This document shows positions 28,604 to 38,063 of a stretch of DNA of 64,000 nt, piece by piece. Numbering within the stretch: the stretch's first letter is position 1; each line of letters begins with the position of its first letter. The notes beneath the pieces were generated by a model. That model was not told the DNA's origin, made no database searches, and saw only the letters and a list, made by a program, of their open reading frames with translations. The DNA is from Candidatus Komeilibacteria bacterium RIFOXYD1_FULL_37_29 (GTDB lineage: Bacteria > Patescibacteriota > Patescibacteriia > UBA1558 > GWA2-36-10): contig MHKS01000004.1 of the NCBI GenBank assembly GCA_001818495.1, forward strand, positions 84,657 through 148,656, read 5' to 3'. The position numbers and the translations under genes are program-made.

Positions 28604-30889
28604 ATGAAATCTGACTTTCATTTTCATTTCTATAGCCGGATATTTATCATGCTGATTTTGGCTGTGTCTTTATTTTTTATACAAAAATCAGTCAAGACCA
28701 CAGCGGAAATCACTTATCCTTATCAAGTAACTGGCTGGGCTTGGAACAATATAGCTCTTTGGTTTAGTTTGAATTGTGTTAATGATTTTGAAGTACCAGG
28801 CGTATATATTTCTACTTGTTCAGATATCCCGGGTGGTGTGGATTATGGTTTGCAAGTAGCTGCCGACGGTAACATCAGTGGTTGTATCTGGGCCGGTAAC
28901 AATGTCGGTGGCAGTGGTAGTGCTTTGGGTTGGGTGTGTTTTAATGACGTTTTTAGCGTTTTTAGAGCCACACCTAGTGATCTAGGAGTAGCTACTTCAT
29001 CGAAGTATTTAAATGCTATAGCCTCTACGACTTTTGCTAGTATACTTAGTTTTGAAGATTGGCGTTGTGTGGGTGGAACTATGAATGGTCAAAGGTGTGC
29101 TCCAAATACTGCTTTTTGTTCTGCTGCGGGCGGCACTTGCACTTTTACTGATGATGGCAAATGGAAACTTGGTTTTCCTATTATAGGGAGTGGAGAGCCT
29201 TGGGGTACAGACTTACCTAGCCCAGCCAATCCACTGCAGGGTTGTTTTAATTGTTATCAAGAATACAGCTACGCTTGTAGTATTGATGGTGGGTCGTGTG
29301 ATCCGAGTATTGGCTGTGGGGTAACTGGTACACCACCTACACCACAGGATTGTGTGGTTTCTTCGGTAGAAAATAAATGTGATAATTGTTTAGAATATTC
29401 TTATTATCCGGGTTTTTGCGAAGCCGCTGGTACAAAAAGTGTTACCATGGGTTGTGCTGATTTTGTTCATAATACGACCGATTGCTGTACTAGTAATAAT
29501 GATTGTGCCACCGGAGAAACTTGTCAAGCGGTCTCTTCTTGTGTTGCCATAACCAGCAATGAAAGAGAAGAATATACTTGTACGCAGAGCGAACCAGGCA
29601 ACTGCGTGCTCGTCCCGGAAGGTTGCGTAGATAGAACACTAGGCGCTTATAGAATGACTTTGGGCGGTTATGATTGTAGTAATTGTAATATTGAAAGTTA
29701 TGACAATCGTTGTTATTTAAATGCTGAAGAAGCCAATCTTAATAGTTGTGTCAGTTGTGCTAATATTTTTTATTATCCCGGAGTAATGATAGATCATAAA
29801 CATTACAATTTAGGAGCTGCCGAAATGGCTTATATGTGCGGCTGGGCTTGGAACGCGTGGGATGACAATAGCGACGGCAATCCAGACAACGGTTTGTACT
29901 GGTTTCAGTTTTCTCCTAGGATTGTTACTTCTACGCGCCCATTTTTGTCAGTAGAGAGCGGTAATATTTATTCCCAAAAAGGTATTAGTGGCGATTATTT
30001 GCCACCTTTTGGTCATTACAATTCTTCTTATTTGATTGAATCAGGGGGTAGTATTAGCAATTTTATTAGTTCCAGCACTTTGTCCGGTCTTTATCAAGGT
30101 GAAATACCTTATCAGCCGATTATTAGTTTTTTAAGACCAAATGCTAGTTTTAGTAAGTACAACAATGCTTTAGGTAGTATTGATTATGCTGGATTGATCG
30201 CTGATGTTGTTTCTGGGGCGGCCAATGTTAACAAATATGGATCAACTATCATTACTACTACCGGTATTACTCAGGCTGATGCCATGGTTTTTCTTAATGA
30301 TCTGAGTGATCCTTTGGAGTCAGAAAGTATGGTACATTATCATAACGATGATTTAAATATCAATACAGCTGCTTTTGTCCCGACACACACTATTTGGGCC
30401 GGTGATAATAATGAAAACGCTGCTAAAGTAGTGGTTGTTAATGGTGATTTATTGATTGGTGATAATTTTATTTATGAAAACGCTGCTAGCTATGGTAATT
30501 TTAAAAATATACCTTCTATAGTTTGGATTGTCAGGGGAGATTTATCTATTGATGCCGATGTCAACCAATTGGTTGGTACATTTATAGTTTTGGGTAATAC
30601 CAGTATTGCGGATTGTTCTTATGTATCTCCAGCCACACCAGCACCAAGTTGTGGGCAGATCATTACTTGTCTTGATACAAACATTGGCAATCCAGCGGAC
30701 TGTGATACTTCTTCATTAATTGTCCGTGGTAGTGCTTTGGCTAAATATTTTAATCTGAATAGGACTTTTATTGATGCATCTGATCCACGTCCATCAGAGC
30801 AGTTTATCAACGATGGTCGTTTACAGGTCAATCCACCGGCTGGTTTTAAAAATTTCTCCAATATTATTCCCAGATTTAGTGAGAATTAA
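28604..30889 (+). CDS. Large cysteine-rich secreted protein
   Basis: N-terminal TM/signal, more than 50 Cys, and a repeated GWAWN segment. No catalytic motif. Lies directly upstream of pilM. Confidence 0.5.
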   Translation: MKSDFHFHFYSRIFIMLILAVSLFFIQKSVKTTAEITYPYQVTGWAWNNIALWFSLNCVNDFEVPGVYISTCSDIPGGVDYGLQVAADGNISGCIWAGNNVGGSGSALGWVCFNDVFSVFRATPSDLGVATSSKYLNAIASTTFASILSFEDWRCVGGTMNGQRCAPNTAFCSAAGGTCTFTDDGKWKLGFPIIGSGEPWGTDLPSPANPLQGCFNCYQEYSYACSIDGGSCDPSIGCGVTGTPPTPQDCVVSSVENKCDNCLEYSYYPGFCEAAGTKSVTMGCADFVHNTTDCCTSNNDCATGETCQAVSSCVAITSNEREEYTCTQSEPGNCVLVPEGCVDRTLGAYRMTLGGYDCSNCNIESYDNRCYLNAEEANLNSCVSCANIFYYPGVMIDHKHYNLGAAEMAYMCGWAWNAWDDNSDGNPDNGLYWFQFSPRIVTSTRPFLSVESGNIYSQKGISGDYLPPFGHYNSSYLIESGGSISNFISSSTLSGLYQGEIPYQPIISFLRPNASFSKYNNALGSIDYAGLIADVVSGAANVNKYGSTIITTTGITQADAMVFLNDLSDPLESESMVHYHNDDLNINTAAFVPTHTIWAGDNNENAAKVVVVNGDLLIGDNFIYENAASYGNFKNIPSIVWIVRGDLSIDADVNQLVGTFIVLGNTSIADCSYVSPATPAPSCGQIITCLDTNIGNPADCDTSSLIVRGSALAKYFNLNRTFIDASDPRPSEQFINDGRLQVNPPAGFKNFSNIIPRFSEN

Positions 30890-30968
30890 AAATTTTGGAT
30901 TAAAAGTGGAAAATGTGTTATAATTATATAAATCTTTTAAAATATTTTAAGAAAATTACGGAAAAAAT

Positions 30969-32186
30969 ATGGGTTTATTTTCCAGCGTAACTAGTTATTT
31001 GGGAGTTGATATCGGAACATCCAGTATTAAGATGGTTGAGCTTGAAAATTATAAAAATCAGGCCAAATTGAGGACTTATGGTTATGCTGACATCGCCGTC
31101 AATGTTTTAAGTAGCTCGATTGATAAAAACAATCAACTAATTGCCGATTATATATCGGAAATTGCTCAAAAATCCAATGTTCAAACTAGGCAGGTGGTGG
31201 CCGCTTTGCCTACTTTTTCGGTTTTTAATTTTATTATCAATTTGCCACCCATGCCCAAAAAGGATTTGGCTTCAGCCATCAAGTGGGAGGCCAAAAAATT
31301 TATTCCCGTACCACTCGAAGAAATGATTTTGGACTGGAAAATACTCAATAAAAAGACCATTAACAAAAACCACGAAAAATCTTCTTTCTTATCTGGTGAA
31401 AAAGATAAAAAGAAAGACAACCCCATGGATATGGCTGGCGATATGGGCTTGGAAAATGATAGTCTGGGCACAGATAGAGCGGCTTTGGCTAAAAGCACGG
31501 CTAAAAACGCCTTAAAGGAGGAAGATAAATTTTTCGCTACCACTTCTAGTGACAATAATTATCGGATACTTTTGACGGCTGCACCAAAAAATTTAGTAGC
31601 CCGTTATATTGATATTTTCAAAAGAGCTAAATTTAATTTATTAAGCTTGGAAACCGAGGCTTTTGCTTTATCCAGATCGCTGATTGGTAATGACAATTCT
31701 ACTGTTATGATTGTAGACATCGGAGCCACCACAGCTGATATTTGTATTATTGAACAAGGCGTCCCGATACTTAATCGTGGCATAGATAGTGGTGGTGAGT
31801 TTATTACCAAAACTATCATGAATAGTCTAAATGTCAATTCGGAAAGAGCCGAACAGTTTAAAAGAGATTTTGGTTTGGCCGGTGGCGGATTTAAAAATGT
31901 ACCAGATGTTATTCAAAAATCTTTAAATTCTATCATCAATGAAATCAAATATGTTTTTGAGATTTATCAGAGACAGCGTAATAGCCATATAGAAAAAATA
32001 GTTTTGACTGGCGGTAGTGCTTTTTTACCCAGTTTGCCCCAATATTTATCTGAACTTTTGAATATGGAAGTAATTATTGGTGATCCTTGGGACAGAATAA
32101 TCTATCCTTTGGATTTAAAGCCGATTTTACAAGAAATTGGGCCTAGAATGGCTACTTCTGTCGGTTTAGCTATGCGCGATATATAA
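30969..32186 (+). CDS. pilM: Type IV pilus assembly protein PilM (actin-like ATPase fold)
   Basis: N-terminus LGVDIGTSSIKMVEL, typical of PilM. An acidic insertion is present. 405 aa. Confidence 0.8.
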   Translation: MGLFSSVTSYLGVDIGTSSIKMVELENYKNQAKLRTYGYADIAVNVLSSSIDKNNQLIADYISEIAQKSNVQTRQVVAALPTFSVFNFIINLPPMPKKDLASAIKWEAKKFIPVPLEEMILDWKILNKKTINKNHEKSSFLSGEKDKKKDNPMDMAGDMGLENDSLGTDRAALAKSTAKNALKEEDKFFATTSSDNNYRILLTAAPKNLVARYIDIFKRAKFNLLSLETEAFALSRSLIGNDNSTVMIVDIGATTADICIIEQGVPILNRGIDSGGEFITKTIMNSLNVNSERAEQFKRDFGLAGGGFKNVPDVIQKSLNSIINEIKYVFEIYQRQRNSHIEKIVLTGGSAFLPSLPQYLSELLNMEVIIGDPWDRIIYPLDLKPILQEIGPRMATSVGLAMRDI

Positions 32187-32189
32187 GTT

Positions 32190-33674
32190 ATGGAACAAGA
32201 AAAGGACAAAAAGGAAATAAATTTGATGCCCGAGGATCTCAGGTCAAAAGAGGCTGGGCTTTTGTCAAAAAACAAAAGTAAAAGTGGTTTTGATTTTGAT
32301 TTTGTCTCGCCCAAAGCATCCGCTATTAAAAAAGCGTCTTTTCAACCCAGTGTGTCTTGGTGGGATAAACTAAAAAGTATTTTCAGCCAGCCAGCCGGAT
32401 TTGGTCCAGCTGAGCATCATTTGGCCAAGCCAAAAGAAGCGGCTCAGGAAATAAAACCAAAGACGGATATTAAAAAAGAGAAACCGACTGACGATTTTGT
32501 TTTACACATGCCAGCTCCAGAAGAAAAAAATGATGCAGTGCATTTTCATGTTAATTATACCAAAGACTCTTTGGCTGGTGTTAAGGAAGGAAATCCCAAA
32601 GATAATATATCTCATGAACCAGCCGAAAAAAGTGGGCTATCTTGGTGGGATAAAATAAAAAAAATATTTGCCTCCAGAAATCATCAAACAAAATTGCCAA
32701 AAATTGAACGAGTGCCTGAGCGACCGATTAGGCCCAGGGATTTAGAAGATGTAGCACAGACCATCCCTAGCCAGCCCAAAGGGGCTATTGATATTTGGGA
32801 TGAGCAAAATATCAAAAATATTTTACCGATAAAAAATAATGTTAGTGCATCGGTAGTATCTCCCACGCCCGCTGTTTTAGAGGCTAATATAGCTATCAAA
32901 CCCGTCGATGAGAAGAATACTTCAGATTTTTATATTCCGGCGGTAGAGGAGCGTCATAAGAGTAAGTTTGAGAAAAAAGTTGAAAAACAAGCAGAAGTCA
33001 AAGATATTGAAGAGTCCAAATTCCATCAGCCTAGTTCTAGGGCTAGAGCCAAATTTTTAGATGAGAGTGGTGGAGTTGATTTGATTCCCGATGCGGCCAA
33101 AATCAGAAGTTGGAAGCAGATAAGTAAATTATTATTAATTACAGTTTTTAGCTTTTTGTTGGTCATAGTTATTTTTTATGGTTTTCTATTTTATCAGGGG
33201 AAAAATTTAGAAGGACAAAAAGCCGAGGAGGATGCTCAGATCACCAATTTGGAAAGACAAATTGTTGATTATCAAGACCTAAATAATCAGATTAGCCAGC
33301 TGGGTGATGAAATAAAAAATCTTCATCAACTGCTTAGTTTACATTTTTATTGGACGAATTTTTTTCAACTGCTAGAAAAATATACTATTGATGGAGTCTA
33401 TTACTCTGGTATGACAGCTGGCAACGGAGGGGCCATGACTTTGGAAGCCAAGGCTACCAGTTTTGAAACTTTGGCTCAGCAAATAAAAATTTTACAGCAG
33501 GAGGAAACTCAAGAATTTGTGACCAGTATCAAAGTATCTTCGGCTGATTATGATCAGGAAGAAGATGAAGTGAGTTTTAATATAAACATTGTTCTTAATC
33601 CATCATTATTTTTATATAACCAAAAGTATCTTTATGAAAGAGATAATGATTATGGCGTCGTGAGTGGAGAATAA
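32190..33674 (+). CDS. pilN: PilN-like protein with ~300 aa low-complexity N-terminal extension
   Basis: One TM helix at about aa 310, followed by coiled-coil and a PilN-like periplasmic domain. The N-terminal extension carries two copies of SWWDK[LI]K.IF. Confidence 0.45.
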   Translation: MEQEKDKKEINLMPEDLRSKEAGLLSKNKSKSGFDFDFVSPKASAIKKASFQPSVSWWDKLKSIFSQPAGFGPAEHHLAKPKEAAQEIKPKTDIKKEKPTDDFVLHMPAPEEKNDAVHFHVNYTKDSLAGVKEGNPKDNISHEPAEKSGLSWWDKIKKIFASRNHQTKLPKIERVPERPIRPRDLEDVAQTIPSQPKGAIDIWDEQNIKNILPIKNNVSASVVSPTPAVLEANIAIKPVDEKNTSDFYIPAVEERHKSKFEKKVEKQAEVKDIEESKFHQPSSRARAKFLDESGGVDLIPDAAKIRSWKQISKLLLITVFSFLLVIVIFYGFLFYQGKNLEGQKAEEDAQITNLERQIVDYQDLNNQISQLGDEIKNLHQLLSLHFYWTNFFQLLEKYTIDGVYYSGMTAGNGGAMTLEAKATSFETLAQQIKILQQEETQEFVTSIKVSSADYDQEEDEVSFNINIVLNPSLFLYNQKYLYERDNDYGVVSGE

Positions 33675-33680
33675 AAATTT

Positions 33681-34448
33681 ATGGCCGCTAAAAATAAAGA
33701 CAAAAAAGAAATACAATTTGAACAGCCGTCAGATATTTTGCTATTAGTCAATCGTTATCTGATGGTTATTATTGGTTTGATCATTTTAATTATTTTGGTA
33801 TCTGGTTATTTCTTTTTACTCAAACCAAAAATAGACAGCATCAATGTCAGTGAGACCAGAACCACCGTGACGGAAGAGAGAAGGTTAGGTAATGAACATT
33901 TATTGACTAGGATCAAAGAATTAGAAGCGGAATATTATGACATTATCAACAATCGTCAGGAAGATTTAGATATGTTGAGAAAAATGGTGCCGGCCGATTC
34001 ACAAATAGCCGAAATATTTTTGATGTCTGATTTATTGGCTAAAAAATACGGTTTTCAATTGACTACTATTGATATTAGCGATAATGAACCAGTCAGAGAA
34101 AAACCCAAACCGGTGGTAACTGAAGATTTTTCAGAAGATAATATCCCAGCAGATTCGGCTAGTGGGACCGCTCCACCAGAAACAAATACCATTGAAAGTC
34201 TATTGGCAATTAGCGGTATTAAAACGGCTACTGTTAAATTTGCTGTTGTCAGGGAAGTAGTGGATGACAGTCCAGTTTTGGGAGTAGAAATTTATGATGA
34301 TTTTAAAGATTATCTATCGGATTTGGAAAATAATATAAGATTAATGGATATTCAAGCAATAATTTTTGATTCTATTGATGCCGAGCCAGGTTCGAACGGG
34401 TCGAGAACTTATACTTTTAATTTAGATTTAATAACCTATTATCGATAA
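33681..34448 (+). CDS. pilO: PilO-like protein
   Basis: N-terminal TM then coiled-coil and a C-terminal globular domain. Position after pilN. Confidence 0.4.
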   Translation: MAAKNKDKKEIQFEQPSDILLLVNRYLMVIIGLIILIILVSGYFFLLKPKIDSINVSETRTTVTEERRLGNEHLLTRIKELEAEYYDIINNRQEDLDMLRKMVPADSQIAEIFLMSDLLAKKYGFQLTTIDISDNEPVREKPKPVVTEDFSEDNIPADSASGTAPPETNTIESLLAISGIKTATVKFAVVREVVDDSPVLGVEIYDDFKDYLSDLENNIRLMDIQAIIFDSIDAEPGSNGSRTYTFNLDLITYYR

Positions 34449-34453
34449 TTTTT

Positions 34454-34822
34454 ATGGCTAAAAGTACTGATAAAAAAACGACCATACTTTTACTGGTAAT
34501 ATTGGCGGTATCGGTTATTGGTGGGGGTATTTGGACTTACAGTAGTCTCAAGCCCATAGAGCCTACTCAAAATTTACCGGTGGGGGTAGACAGTTTAATG
34601 GGACTTAGTATTGATAATGTTTATGCTATCAAAGAGCAAGCCATAGCCAATATTGGAGATTTTTTAGAAACACCAAATTCTTCTGATACTCTATGGGATT
34701 ATTTTTATTCCAATCAGCAATTTAATAAATTAAATGATATTAATTTAGATATCAATATTGGTGGTTATGTAAATAATCCTAACCCTTTTGTGATACCTAG
34801 TTCTACCGAGGAAAATAGCTAG
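34454..34822 (+). CDS. Small membrane-anchored protein (PilP-position)
   Basis: N-terminal TM, 122 aa. No motif. Confidence 0.35.
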   Translation: MAKSTDKKTTILLLVILAVSVIGGGIWTYSSLKPIEPTQNLPVGVDSLMGLSIDNVYAIKEQAIANIGDFLETPNSSDTLWDYFYSNQQFNKLNDINLDINIGGYVNNPNPFVIPSSTEENS

Positions 34823-34843
34823 GATGATATAAGATTATTTTTT

Positions 34844-36580
34844 ATGACTCAGCAAGAAGTACAAAAACTTTTCGATTTTTTAAAGCAGAATAATTTACTA
34901 ACGGGTGATCAATATAAAGATTTAAACTCTAAGAAATATTCTACTTTTGAAGAGTTGGAAAAATATCTCCGTCGCACTATTTTAATATCTGATGAGGACT
35001 GGGTTAGAGCCAGGGGTGTTTTTTATGATATAGAATATAGCAATCTTATTGGCGCCAAGCTAGAATCAGATATTTTAAATATCTTACCACAAAATTTGTC
35101 GGAAAATTACCAGATGGTAATTTTTAATAAAGAGGGAGCCAATATAAAAGTCGGATTAGTTGATCCGACAAATTTTAAAGCAATTGAAGCACTCAATTAT
35201 TTAGCTCGGAAGAAAAATTTTCAAGTTAAGTATTATATAATTTCTGAAGATAGCTATCGGGCGGCTTATAAGCAGTATGAAACACTGGGCGAAGAAGTGG
35301 GTGAGGCTCTAGATACCGCCGAGGCCATTTTTGCCCCCAAAGAGCAGGATATAGATTTGGATGGTGATGTGGGAGAAATGGTCAAGAGTGCTCCAGTTTC
35401 TAAGATTGTTTCCGTCATACTTCGTCATGCTATAGAAGGTCGGGCGTCTGATATCCACATTGAGCCCTTTACCAATCAATCAAAAGTCAGGTATAGAATT
35501 GACGGAGTACTCCACACCACCATTGTTTTGCCAATTTATGTGCATGCGGCTTTAATTTCTAGAATAAAAGTGATGGCCAATTTGAAGATTGATGAAACTA
35601 GGATTCCCCAGGATGGCCGTATTCGTATCAATGTACACAATAAAGATGTTGATTTTCGTATCTCTACTATACCACTAATGGGCCACGAAAAGGTGGTAAT
35701 GCGTATTTTGGAAACACCAGACAAAGCGCCGACTTTTTCAGAATTGGGTTTTTTGGGTTTGCAGGGTAAAGTCATAGAGAAAAATATTTATAAACCCAAT
35801 GGTATGTTTCTACTGACCGGTCCGACCGGTTCTGGTAAATCCACCACCTTGTTTGCCCTTTTATCATTTTTAAATAAAGAGGATGTCAATATTTCCACTT
35901 TAGAAGACCCAGTAGAATATTATATTCCCGGAGTCAATCAATCTCAAATCAGGCCAGAAGTTAATTTTACTTTTGCTACAGGTCTAAGAGCTTTGCTTCG
36001 TCAAGATCCGGATATTATCATGGTCGGTGAGATTCGTGACAATGAAACAGCCGAATTGGCTATCCATGCTGGACTGACTGGGCACTCTGTTTTGACTACT
36101 TTACACACCAATAGTGCTGTCGGTGCTATTCCTCGTTTATTTGATATGAAAGTAGAGCCGTTTTTATTGGCTAGTACTTTAAATGCCGTAGTAGCTCAGA
36201 GGTTGGTCAGAAAAATTTGCGACAAATGTAAGGCTGAAGAAAAGTTGCCCTCTGGTTTAGAAGTCACTATTCATCAGCATTTAGATACCATACCCAAAGA
36301 AGCTTTTTATGGTGATGTCGATCCCAAAGTATTCAAATTTTATAAAGGTAAAGGTTGCGCCAACTGTGGTCAAACCGGTTACAAGGGTAGGTTGTCTATC
36401 GCTGAGGCTATAAATGTTACTAGGAGTCTCAAGGATATTATTGCCAAGGGTTTTGATCGTCAGGAAGTAGAGGTTGAGTTGGCCAAACAAAAATTTATTA
36501 CTATGGAGCAGGACGGAGTAATCAAAGCTTTATTGGGGCTCACTAGCATTGAGGAAATAATGAGAGTATCTAAGATGTAA
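34844..36580 (+). CDS. pilB: Type IV pilus assembly ATPase PilB (GspE family)
   Basis: Walker A LLTGPTGSGKSTTL, Asp and His boxes, and a tetracysteine motif CDKC...CANC. Confidence 0.9.
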   Translation: MTQQEVQKLFDFLKQNNLLTGDQYKDLNSKKYSTFEELEKYLRRTILISDEDWVRARGVFYDIEYSNLIGAKLESDILNILPQNLSENYQMVIFNKEGANIKVGLVDPTNFKAIEALNYLARKKNFQVKYYIISEDSYRAAYKQYETLGEEVGEALDTAEAIFAPKEQDIDLDGDVGEMVKSAPVSKIVSVILRHAIEGRASDIHIEPFTNQSKVRYRIDGVLHTTIVLPIYVHAALISRIKVMANLKIDETRIPQDGRIRINVHNKDVDFRISTIPLMGHEKVVMRILETPDKAPTFSELGFLGLQGKVIEKNIYKPNGMFLLTGPTGSGKSTTLFALLSFLNKEDVNISTLEDPVEYYIPGVNQSQIRPEVNFTFATGLRALLRQDPDIIMVGEIRDNETAELAIHAGLTGHSVLTTLHTNSAVGAIPRLFDMKVEPFLLASTLNAVVAQRLVRKICDKCKAEEKLPSGLEVTIHQHLDTIPKEAFYGDVDPKVFKFYKGKGCANCGQTGYKGRLSIAEAINVTRSLKDIIAKGFDRQEVEVELAKQKFITMEQDGVIKALLGLTSIEEIMRVSKM

Positions 36581-36616
36581 TCAAAATATTAATTATATAA
36601 TATACAATATAATCAT

Positions 36617-37003
36617 ATGGAAGGTAAAAAAATATTAATTGTTGAGGACGATGATTTCTTGTTGCAGATGTATTCTACCAAGCTGGAACTGGAGGGTTTC
36701 AAAGTTTTTGAAGCTATCAACGGCCTGCAAGGTTTAAAAGTTGCACAAAAAGAAAAGCCGGATTTGATTCTTTTGGATCTCAATTTGCCAGAGTTAAACG
36801 GTTTTGAGGTCTTAAGTCAGCTTAAAAGAGACGAAGAAACTAGTAGTATTAGAGTATTAATTTTGACTAATTATTCTCAAAAAGAAGATATTGATCGCTG
36901 TTTGGAATTGGGAGCTGATGATTATTTGATTAAGGCTCATTTTGTTCCCTCAGAGGTCATTGCTAAAATAAAAGATATATTAGAAAAAGAAAGCCAAAAA
37001 TAA
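36617..37003 (+). CDS. Standalone response-regulator receiver (CheY-like) domain
   Basis: ILIVEDDDFLL...DLILLDLNLPELNGFEV...KAHF. 128 aa with no output domain. Confidence 0.85.
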   Translation: MEGKKILIVEDDDFLLQMYSTKLELEGFKVFEAINGLQGLKVAQKEKPDLILLDLNLPELNGFEVLSQLKRDEETSSIRVLILTNYSQKEDIDRCLELGADDYLIKAHFVPSEVIAKIKDILEKESQK

Positions 37004-37004
37004 C

Positions 37005-38057
37005 ATGTCGGATGCTTTAATTATAAATGATATATTAAATGCGGCGGCCGAAAGAAAGGCTACTGATGTTCATCTGGTAGCTGGAAATAATCCAGTTATT
37101 CGGGTAGACGGTCGTTTGACCACTTTGGTTGATCAGCCAGTTTTGACTGGAGATATATTGATGGCTTTGGCTCAGTCATTTTTAAGTAAAGAATATTTTG
37201 ACAAGCTTAGTGTTGAAAAAGAAATAGTAGCTATTTATAATTGGGCCGGGCGCAGTCGTTATCGAGCCAAGGTATTTTATCAAAAAGGTTTTTTGGCTAT
37301 TTCTCTTCGTTTGTTGTCACCCTTTATTAGGTCACCCAAAGATTTGGGTATACCAGCTGCTATTTTACAGCTTTTAAATAAAGATCGCGGTATCATCATC
37401 ATCACTGGCCCTTTTGCCAGTGGGCGTACTTCTACCGCCGTATCATTGGTAGAAACACTCAATCAAAATAAAGGTTTGCATATACAGACTTTGGAAAATC
37501 CAGTCGAATATCTATTTTCCAATAATCAATCGGTGATTGAACAGCGCAACATTGGTTTGGATGTTAATAATTTTGTAGATGGTTTGAAAAATATGCTGGA
37601 CGAGGATATTGATGCTGTGTTTGTTGATTCCATGCATGAAAAGGGAGCGGAAGAAGTCATTTTAGAGTTGGCAGAAAGTGGCAAATTGATCATTTTTGTC
37701 ATGGATGCCGACACAGTAATTTCGGCTTTGGATAGATTTATTAACAATATTTCCACTAATCGTCGAGATTGGGGTAGAGAAACATTGGCTGATGTTTTGT
37801 TGGGGGTTATGGCGCAGCGTCTGATACCCCGAGTGGGTGGGGGACTTACTATGGCCTCAGAAGTTTTGATTAGCAACTCAGCTGTGCGTAGTTCTATTAA
37901 AAGTGACAAGCTTTCCCAGCTGGGTAGTATTATGCAGACCTCTCGGGAAGAGGGTATGTCTTCTTTGGACAAGTCTTTGTTAGAATTAATTAGAATTGGA
38001 GAAATTAGTTTAAGCGACGGGAAAAATCATGCGGTTGATCCGCAGAGTTTGAGATAA
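37005..38057 (+). CDS. pilT: PilT-like protein with degenerate ATPase motifs (predicted catalytically inactive)
   Basis: Colinear with PilT. Walker A reads GPFASGRTS (Lys replaced by Arg). The Asp box reads LENPVEY, Walker B reads DAVFVDSMHE (no catalytic Glu), and the His box is replaced by VMDADTV. Confidence 0.65.
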   Translation: MSDALIINDILNAAAERKATDVHLVAGNNPVIRVDGRLTTLVDQPVLTGDILMALAQSFLSKEYFDKLSVEKEIVAIYNWAGRSRYRAKVFYQKGFLAISLRLLSPFIRSPKDLGIPAAILQLLNKDRGIIIITGPFASGRTSTAVSLVETLNQNKGLHIQTLENPVEYLFSNNQSVIEQRNIGLDVNNFVDGLKNMLDEDIDAVFVDSMHEKGAEEVILELAESGKLIIFVMDADTVISALDRFINNISTNRRDWGRETLADVLLGVMAQRLIPRVGGGLTMASEVLISNSAVRSSIKSDKLSQLGSIMQTSREEGMSSLDKSLLELIRIGEISLSDGKNHAVDPQSLR

Positions 38058-38063
38058 TAATTT

